DNA from: Candidatus Undinarchaeales archaeon
GTDB taxonomy: Archaea > SpSt-1190 > JASMDC01
Direction of reading: 5' to 3'
DNA length: 13,832 bases
NCBI GenBank assembly: GCA_030753015.1
Contig: JASMDC010000031.1
Location: forward strand, 1 to 13,832
Below are positions 1-5,400 of this stretch, in pieces. The position numbers and the translations under genes are program-made. Numbering within the stretch: position 1 is the first letter of the stretch; every line of letters begins with the position of its first letter. The notes below the pieces were generated by a model that was not told the DNA's origin, did not search any database, and saw only the letters and a program-made list of their open reading frames with translations.

Positions 1-2
1 AT

Positions 3-53
3 ACATTCTGCCCGATGTTCATCATCGAGAGCCTGTGCTACAAGCTACCCTAA
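3..53 (+). CDS. 3' end of an upstream gene entering the window (...TFCPMFIIESLCYKLP*), product unknown
   Basis: Frame 3 is open from the window edge to TAA at 51-53, has mostly G/C third codon positions like the neighbouring genes, and is followed by a T-tract. Only 16 codons are visible. Confidence 0.4.
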   Translation, partial: TFCPMFIIESLCYKLP

Positions 54-68
54 GGGCGTCCTTTTTCT
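52..68 (+). terminator. Possible terminator (weak AAGG/CCTT stem plus TTTTTCT)
   Basis: aagggcgtcctttttct lies directly after the putative stop. Oligo-T tracts are the usual archaeal termination signal. Confidence 0.3.
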
Positions 69-171
69 GAGATCGCTCGACAGAACAGTAATCCGTGGTT
101 GGTAGTTTTACCAGTAGATTAGAGGGTCACTTGACTATGGGACTAGTCTACAACGATCATTCTCCAGCGTC

Positions 172-2013
172 CTACATCTTCCGCAGCGCCTCGATGCCCA
201 GCAGCTCCAGGGCGTTGCGACAGGTGATGCGGAAGGCGTCCACCAGGGCGAGGCGTGCGTCCTGTACGTCCTCTTCTGCCTTGAGCACCGGCGCGTCGCG
301 ATAGAAGTCGTTGAACACCGATGCCAGGTGGTAGGCGTAGTTGGCCAAAGCATGGGGTTTTACCTCTTCAGCCGCCCGTCGTGCCTCGTCCGGGAACCGC
401 GCTATGGTCTTGACCAGAGTGAGCTCGGCAGGCTCGGTGAGCTTAGTAAGGTCGGGAAGACCGGGAGTGGCCTTCTCAAGGATGCGGCAGGCGCGTGCGT
501 GCGCGTACTGGATGTAAGGGGCGGTCTCGCCATCGAAGTCAAGCACGTCCTCCCACCGGAACACGATCTGCTTCTCGGGGAACGTGCGCACCAGGGCGTA
601 CCGAACCGCGCCTATTGCCACGGCCCGCGCGACCTGGTCCTTGAACAGGTCGTCCTCGTCCGGATTGCGCTTCTCGACCTCCTCCCTGGCCCGCTTCACA
701 GCTTCGTCGAGCACTGTGTCAGCGTCGAACCCGATCCACGTGCCCTCGCGTCCTGAGAACTTCCCCTCGGGGAGCGTGACGTGCTCGTAGGAGAGGTGGT
801 GGGAGTTGGCGAACTCCTTCTCGTGTCCAAGGGCCTTGAGCGCGTGGTACACGACCTGCTGCGGATACTTTTGCTCCATCCCGATGACGTTGACCACGAT
901 CTCGGCATGGCGCTGCTCCCATGGCTCGCCCTTCATGGCGGTCGTATACAGGTGCCGAGCATCGGGGCGGATGCCGAACTCGGTGACAGGCATGTTCGCT
1001 TCCATGAGGCCGAACTTCCACAACTGGAACGCGATGTCCTTGGCTGTGTACACCGCGGTGCCGTCAGAGCGTATGAGCACCTTGTCGTCCATCCCGTACT
1101 TGCCGAGTCGGAGCACCCATGTACCGGCACGCTCACCCTCATCATCGAGTTCTGCGATACCCGTCGACTTCAGCCGCTCGATGGCCTCGTCGAGGAGCTT
1201 GGCATGGACGATATCACTCTCGTACACCAAGAGGTCGTACAGGATGCCTAGACGGTAGGCGGTGATGAGCTGAGCCTTGACACAGTCGGTGCAGATTTCC
1301 CGGGCCCGGTCGAACACTCCTTCCTCGCCATCCTCGATGCCCTTAATGATGGCCGCGATCTCCTTCTCCACCTTCGGATTCAGCTTCTTGTTCACATCGA
1401 CGTAGAGCTTACCGAGGAACTGGTCGTACTTCTCGTCCCCGGCGTCCACGTCCTTGTTGATGATTCCCCAGATGGTGGTGGCCACCTGTTTGCCCAGGTC
1501 GTCGATGTAGTTGAGCACCTGGACGTCGTAGCCCACGCCCGTCATGAGCCTCGCCATGCAGTCGCCCATCACAGCGTTGCGTGCATGGCCCATGTGCCAG
1601 GGCTTGTTGGGATTCACCGATGTGTGCTCCACAATGACACGACGACCTTCACCGATATGCCAGGAACCGTAACCATCGTCCGTGGACTCCACGCGCTCGA
1701 GCGTCTCCTTCACAAAGACCTTCTCGTCCACGCGGAAGTTGACGAACCCGGCGCCTGCCACCTCGACCTTGGCCACGTAATGACGCTTGGACGGGAAGAG
1801 GGCGGTGATCTCCTCAGCGATGGCCCGGGGGGCCTTCTTGAGGGGCTTGGCGAGCGAGAACGCCACCGTGCACGAGAGGTCGCCGAGCTTTGGATCCGGT
1901 GGATCCTGCACCATTGTCTCCACCTCGGGCCGCTCCTTGAGCTCGAATCCTTGCAGTGCCTTCTCGAGCCCGCGAACGACTTCCTGCCGGAACCTGAACC
2001 AGACGCTTCCCAT
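172..2013 (-). CDS. argS: Arginine--tRNA ligase (class I aaRS), archaeal type
   Basis: 613 aa. N-terminal PPDPKLGDL...AGAGFVNF domain, HIGH-like motif EHTSVNPNKPWHMGHARN, YIDDLGKQ, RSDGTAVYTAKDIA, KMSKS-equivalent KFSGREG, and DALR anticodon-binding domain with YIQYAHARA. Confidence 0.97.
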   Translation of the reverse strand: MGSVWFRFRQEVVRGLEKALQGFELKERPEVETMVQDPPDPKLGDLSCTVAFSLAKPLKKAPRAIAEEITALFPSKRHYVAKVEVAGAGFVNFRVDEKVFVKETLERVESTDDGYGSWHIGEGRRVIVEHTSVNPNKPWHMGHARNAVMGDCMARLMTGVGYDVQVLNYIDDLGKQVATTIWGIINKDVDAGDEKYDQFLGKLYVDVNKKLNPKVEKEIAAIIKGIEDGEEGVFDRAREICTDCVKAQLITAYRLGILYDLLVYESDIVHAKLLDEAIERLKSTGIAELDDEGERAGTWVLRLGKYGMDDKVLIRSDGTAVYTAKDIAFQLWKFGLMEANMPVTEFGIRPDARHLYTTAMKGEPWEQRHAEIVVNVIGMEQKYPQQVVYHALKALGHEKEFANSHHLSYEHVTLPEGKFSGREGTWIGFDADTVLDEAVKRAREEVEKRNPDEDDLFKDQVARAVAIGAVRYALVRTFPEKQIVFRWEDVLDFDGETAPYIQYAHARACRILEKATPGLPDLTKLTEPAELTLVKTIARFPDEARRAAEEVKPHALANYAYHLASVFNDFYRDAPVLKAEEDVQDARLALVDAFRITCRNALELLGIEALRKM

Positions 2014-2030
2014 CGCATCCGATACCCCGC

Positions 2031-2045
2031 GTTAATCTTTTAATG
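2031..2045. promoter_or_regulatory. Shared bidirectional TATA-like element for argS and tmk (both probably leaderless)
   Basis: TTTTAAT (2038-2044, +) and ATTAAAAG (2044-2037, -) each end 23 nt before the respective ATG (2068 and 2013). Neither gene has an SD motif. Confidence 0.6.
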
Positions 2046-2067
2046 TTACTCCCATAAGCCGGAATCG

Positions 2068-2799
2068 ATGCCGGGTTTCTTCATCTCGTTCGAGGGCGCG
2101 ACGGGTGTGGGGAAGACCACTATGGCGACCCGGCTTTGCGATACTCTCAAGGAGCGCGGCCACGACGTACTGGTGGTCCCCGAGTTCTCGGACTCGCTCA
2201 TCGGGCGCTCGATCCACGAGAGCCTAACACGCGACCCGTTCCTTCGGCTTCCGCCCCTGTCCGAGACCCTGCTGGTCACGGCCGACCGGGCGTTCTTCAC
2301 CGAGCGCGTGATCGTCCCCGCCCTTAAGCAGGGTAAGGTGGTGATCAAGGACAGGTACTACGACTCGACATACGTGTACCAGCCCTATAGGTTCGTGGAG
2401 GATGGATACCACACGAACAAGGAGCAGGTGTTCAAGTGGCTGGATGCGTTCCATGAATTCTTTGTCATCCGACCTAACATCACGTTCCTCCTGCAGGCCG
2501 GGCCCGAGGACGCCCTGAAGCGACAGGCCCTGAACAAGGGCTGGCGCATCACCAGCGAGGATGTGCGCATGGCCGAGGAGACGGCCAAGATCTACGAGGA
2601 CCTAGTCTCGCGGGATCCTGCACGGTTCATCCGCATAGATTCCTATGTGACCACGATCGACGCCGTGGCCGAGAAGGTGCTGCAAAAGACCTTGGACGTG
2701 ATGGGGAAGGACCACCACATCCACGCCCCTGACCTCTTCAAGGAGGATCTCTCCCAGAAGACGTTGGCCGACTTCGGGAACGGGAAGCCGCAGGTCTAA
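2068..2799 (+). CDS. tmk: Thymidylate kinase (dTMP kinase) family protein with C-terminal extension
   Basis: 243 aa. FISFEGATGVGKTT P-loop, SETLLVTADRA, VIVPALKQGKVVIKDRYYDSTYVYQ (DRY motif), PNITFLL, RFIRIDS. An ~30-aa tail follows the kinase fold. Confidence 0.85.
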   Translation: MPGFFISFEGATGVGKTTMATRLCDTLKERGHDVLVVPEFSDSLIGRSIHESLTRDPFLRLPPLSETLLVTADRAFFTERVIVPALKQGKVVIKDRYYDSTYVYQPYRFVEDGYHTNKEQVFKWLDAFHEFFVIRPNITFLLQAGPEDALKRQALNKGWRITSEDVRMAEETAKIYEDLVSRDPARFIRIDSYVTTIDAVAEKVLQKTLDVMGKDHHIHAPDLFKEDLSQKTLADFGNGKPQV

Positions 2800-2850
2800 C
2801 CGGTCGACCGCTCACCACGACTCAACGTGCAGCCGCTACCGGCCGCGGGC

Positions 2851-2866
2851 CCAAAACCAATAAATA
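2851..2866 (+). promoter_or_regulatory. BRE/TATA-like promoter of the 84-aa gene
   Basis: ccaaaacc-AATAAATA; the TATA-like box (2859-2866) ends 22 nt before ATG 2889, consistent with a leaderless transcript. Confidence 0.55.
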
Positions 2867-2888
2867 CCTGTCGGGAAACCATAAGAGC

Positions 2889-3143
2889 ATGTCCGCCTGC
2901 CCGCCGATCACGATTGCGGTCACGGGGGACCCGAAGACGCTGTTCGAGCGCATCCGTAAGCATCTCACCGCCTACGGCATCGAGCTCTCGGGCGATACCG
3001 GGCACGGGGCCTTCGAGGGTAAGGGTATTGCCGGCGAGTACACCGTCACCGACAACGTCGTGACGGTCACCGTCACCAAGAAACCTCCTCTCGTCCCCTG
3101 CAGCATGGTCGAGCGCGAGCTACGGAAGCTGTTCGAGTATTAA
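2889..3143 (+). CDS. Small hypothetical alpha/beta protein (84 aa)
   Basis: Own TATA-like element, GC3-rich codons and a globular-looking sequence (GIELSGDTGHGAFEGKGIAGEYTV...TKKPPLVPCSMVERELRKLF) with one Cys near each terminus. Confidence 0.8.
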   Translation: MSACPPITIAVTGDPKTLFERIRKHLTAYGIELSGDTGHGAFEGKGIAGEYTVTDNVVTVTVTKKPPLVPCSMVERELRKLFEY

Positions 3144-3162
3144 TGGCCACCGCCCACCCCGC

Positions 3163-3179
3163 CGATACATTCTTAATAC
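3163..3179 (+). promoter_or_regulatory. BRE/TATA-like promoter of the 127-aa gene
   Basis: cgatacattcTTAATAc; TTAATA (3173-3178) ends 23 nt before ATG 3202. Confidence 0.5.
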
Positions 3180-3201
3180 TTCCGCCGCCCACTCCCAAGC
3201 G

Positions 3202-3585
3202 ATGGACGAGGAGCAGCCAGCGATGGACAAGGAAGCGCTCATCAAGCTCGCGGTCGCAGTGGCGGGCATCCTCCTCGTGCTGGTGGCCTCGGCGTGGCTC
3301 AATCCCGTGGAGGAGCCGGGGATCGAGGTCGTTGACCTGCAGCGCACAGGCTCGAAGGTGTTCTTCACGGTGCGCTGGTCCAACGTCCACGCTCAGGACC
3401 ATGTCCTCACAGTGTCAATCTTCCAGGATGGGAAGCGACTTATTGACCCCTCAACGTACCACATCCCGGGGAAAGCGAAGGGGGAGAAGGTGTTCTCGTT
3501 CACCGTGGACGGTGAGGCCACCTTCCGCATCGCCATCACCGATATCGGTGGTTCACCCCTGAAAGAGGTCGTTCGGCGCAAGTGA
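3202..3585 (+). CDS. Hypothetical membrane-anchored protein with a small beta-sandwich-like ectodomain (alternative start 3223)
   Basis: 127 aa. One N-terminal hydrophobic helix (LAVAVAGILLVLVASAWL) followed by alternating beta-strand patterns (KVFFTVRW, HVLTVSIF, KVFSFTV, TFRIAIT). Confidence 0.75.
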   Translation: MDEEQPAMDKEALIKLAVAVAGILLVLVASAWLNPVEEPGIEVVDLQRTGSKVFFTVRWSNVHAQDHVLTVSIFQDGKRLIDPSTYHIPGKAKGEKVFSFTVDGEATFRIAITDIGGSPLKEVVRRK

Positions 3586-3605
3586 TCACGCGCGGTCTCC
3601 CGGTG

Positions 3606-3621
3606 GATGAATCTTTATAAA
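3606..3621 (+). promoter_or_regulatory. BRE/TATA promoter of the sepF-like gene
   Basis: gatgaatc-TTTATAAA (TATA at 3614-3621), a near-consensus archaeal box. SD GGAGG lies downstream at 3655-3659. Confidence 0.65.
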
Positions 3622-3667
3622 CGATCATTGCATATCTCCCAATACCACCCCCGTGGAGGCAGACATA

Positions 3668-4027
3668 ATGGAGAAGCTCTTCGATAAGATCAAGGAATTC
3701 CTCTCGAGCAAGAAAGGTAGCTTCCGGGAGGAGCTCCCCATGGATCTCCCTGAACTGCAGCTCGCAGGCGATCCGGACCACAACCGGGCCACTATGACCG
3801 TACACTCGCTCGAGGAGCTGAAGGATACATACAACATCCTCAACGAGTACCGTGGCGACAAGATCGTGCTCATCAAGCTCGGGAAGGACATGCGGAAGAA
3901 CACATTCGCGATGAAGAAGGCCATCGACAGCTTCAAGCTGACGTGCGGCACTCGCAACGGAAGGGTCGCCGGTCTGGACGACCGCTGGCTCATCCTCCTC
4001 CCCAACGGTATCAGCATCGAGAACTAG
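3668..4027 (+). CDS. sepF: Cell division protein SepF-like (archaeal type)
   Basis: 119 aa from ATG 3668 (GGAGG 8 nt upstream; preferred to GTG 3653). N-terminal amphipathic helix MEKLFDKIKEFL, a linker, then a core matching the archaeal SepF pattern: SLEELKDTYNILNEYRGDKIVLIKL...MKKAIDSFKLTCGTRNGRVAGLDDRWLILLP. Confidence 0.75.
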   Translation: MEKLFDKIKEFLSSKKGSFREELPMDLPELQLAGDPDHNRATMTVHSLEELKDTYNILNEYRGDKIVLIKLGKDMRKNTFAMKKAIDSFKLTCGTRNGRVAGLDDRWLILLPNGISIEN

Positions 4028-4068
4028 GTGTGCATGGGGGGCGCTCCGAGCGCCCCCCGCCCACACAC
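4028..4068. terminator. Strong GC stem-loop directly after the sepF stop
   Basis: Perfect 10-bp stem GGGGGGCGCT (4036-4045)/AGCGCCCCCC (4049-4058) with a CCG loop, extendable by GTGTG (4028-4032)/CACAC. There is no adjacent U-tract, so the terminator function is uncertain. Confidence 0.4.
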
Positions 4069-4084
4069 GCTCGGGCACATATCC

Positions 4085-4092
4085 TTTTAAAG
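4085..4092 (+). promoter_or_regulatory. TATA-like element upstream of the peptidase-arcS-raSEA-tgtA run
   Basis: TTTTAAAG lies 38 nt before ATG 4131, and GGAG at 4118-4121 could serve as SD in a short leader. Confidence 0.5.
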
Positions 4093-4130
4093 CCTGAACC
4101 TCCTTTCCCTCACATCTGGAGCTACTCCTC

Positions 4131-5396
4131 ATGATAGGGTTCGTGCTCGCGGCAATCGCACTGGGAGGGTGCCTTTTCGCCACTTGGTCCGATATAAAGA
4201 CCAAGGAGATCCCCAACGAGCTCAACCTTCTCCTCATTCTGGCGGGCATCTACATCCGTACCTACCACGTCATCAACACCGGAGATCATGAGTTCATCAC
4301 CACGCCGCTCGTCGTTGCTCTTCTTTACTTCCTGGGCTCGGCGGTGCTCTACTATAGCTGCCAGTGGGGCGGCGGGGACGTCAAGCTCCTCATCGCTATC
4401 GGGTGCCTGCTGGGTACCTTCCCCCAGGAGTTCTTCCATCTGCAGGACTATCTGGGATTCGAGATCCTGCCGGGGGCAGCAGCTGCCGGAATCCCCAAGG
4501 TCGCCGGTAATCCCCAATGCCTGGCACCGTGCATCGATCCACCCTGGCCGTTCTGGACCACCATGCTCTTCAACATCATGTTCGTCGGGGCCGTGTACGG
4601 CCTCATGGCCGCTCTGTACCTCGGGTTACGCAATCCCAAGGCCATCACCGAGCTGAAGCGGACTGTGCGCCGTGACGAGAAGGAGCTTGTCGTGGTGCTG
4701 GTCGGTTGTGCGATATTCATCCTGCTGGTGGGCTACGGTCTCACGAACACGATCGATCTGTCCTACTTGGCCCGATCCTGGCCACTGTACATACAGTTCG
4801 CTTTCATGTGGTTCCTTATCAAGTTCGCCCACATAATCCAGGATGTCACCATGAAGCGTGAGGTCCCGGTGGACGAGCTGCAGGAGGAGGACTGGATCGA
4901 TGAGGACGTAATCGTGGACGAGCCCGTGTTCGCCTGGGGGGAGATCCCCGGGAAGGCGGCGGAGGCCGCGCTCCTCGACCATCTACGGATGCTGGAGGGG
5001 GTGGAGCTCGCGGGCAAGGCCACCGTGAAGAAGAAGGACGATATCATCACCATTGAGGCCAAGGGACGGAAGCTCACCCTCACGCTGGAGGACAAGGGTG
5101 GGAAGGCGGTCCTCCGCGAGAAGAGATCCGTGCTCGCCGAGTACGTGGTCCGCGAGGAGGACGACGACCGCTCGGTCGTGACCCTTCCCGACCGAGAGGT
5201 AGCATCTACCTGGGACCCGGGCGTCTCCCAGGAGCAGATCGACGAGATCGTGCGCTTGGCCAAGGAAGGCCGGTTCAAGGACACAATCCGTATCAAGGAA
5301 GGCGTGCCGTTCGCTCCCGTGTTCCCCCTGGCAGTGCTGGTGAGCCTGGTATTCGGAGACGTTATCTTTTTGATTATACTGCGGTATTCTATCTAA
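4131..5396 (+). CDS. Prepilin/prearchaellin peptidase, family A24 (GxGD intramembrane aspartyl protease; FlaK/PibD/EppA-like)
   Basis: 421 aa with multiple TM helices. First catalytic Asp in ATWSDIKTKEIPN, GxGD motif WGGGDVKLL, and a C-terminal soluble domain (VDELQEEDWIDED...IRIKEGVPFAPVF) followed by a final TM helix. Confidence 0.9.
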   Translation: MIGFVLAAIALGGCLFATWSDIKTKEIPNELNLLLILAGIYIRTYHVINTGDHEFITTPLVVALLYFLGSAVLYYSCQWGGGDVKLLIAIGCLLGTFPQEFFHLQDYLGFEILPGAAAAGIPKVAGNPQCLAPCIDPPWPFWTTMLFNIMFVGAVYGLMAALYLGLRNPKAITELKRTVRRDEKELVVVLVGCAIFILLVGYGLTNTIDLSYLARSWPLYIQFAFMWFLIKFAHIIQDVTMKREVPVDELQEEDWIDEDVIVDEPVFAWGEIPGKAAEAALLDHLRMLEGVELAGKATVKKKDDIITIEAKGRKLTLTLEDKGGKAVLREKRSVLAEYVVREEDDDRSVVTLPDREVASTWDPGVSQEQIDEIVRLAKEGRFKDTIRIKEGVPFAPVFPLAVLVSLVFGDVIFLIILRYSI

Positions 5397-5400
5397 CGTC

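Noticed and set aside
2801-2810. Perfect palindrome CGGTCGACCG after tmk
   Set aside because: It is short and GC-rich, I saw no second copy near other promoters, and it is compatible with chance.
3202-3585. Type IV pilin substrate for the nearby A24 peptidase
   Set aside because: There is no class III cleavage motif ([KR][GA] directly before the hydrophobic stretch); the N-terminus reads DKEALIKL.
4118-4128. GGAG-cta-CTCC mini-hairpin occluding the peptidase SD
   Set aside because: A 4-bp stem with a 3-nt loop is too weak to claim regulation.
4028-4130. tRNA or other known ncRNA in the sepF-peptidase spacer
   Set aside because: Only one hairpin is present, with no cloverleaf or T-loop GTTC motif.
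4926-5180. Intein as the explanation for the peptidase insertion
   Set aside because: There is no N-terminal Cys/Ser block A and no C-terminal His-Asn followed by Cys/Ser/Thr, and the insert is too short.
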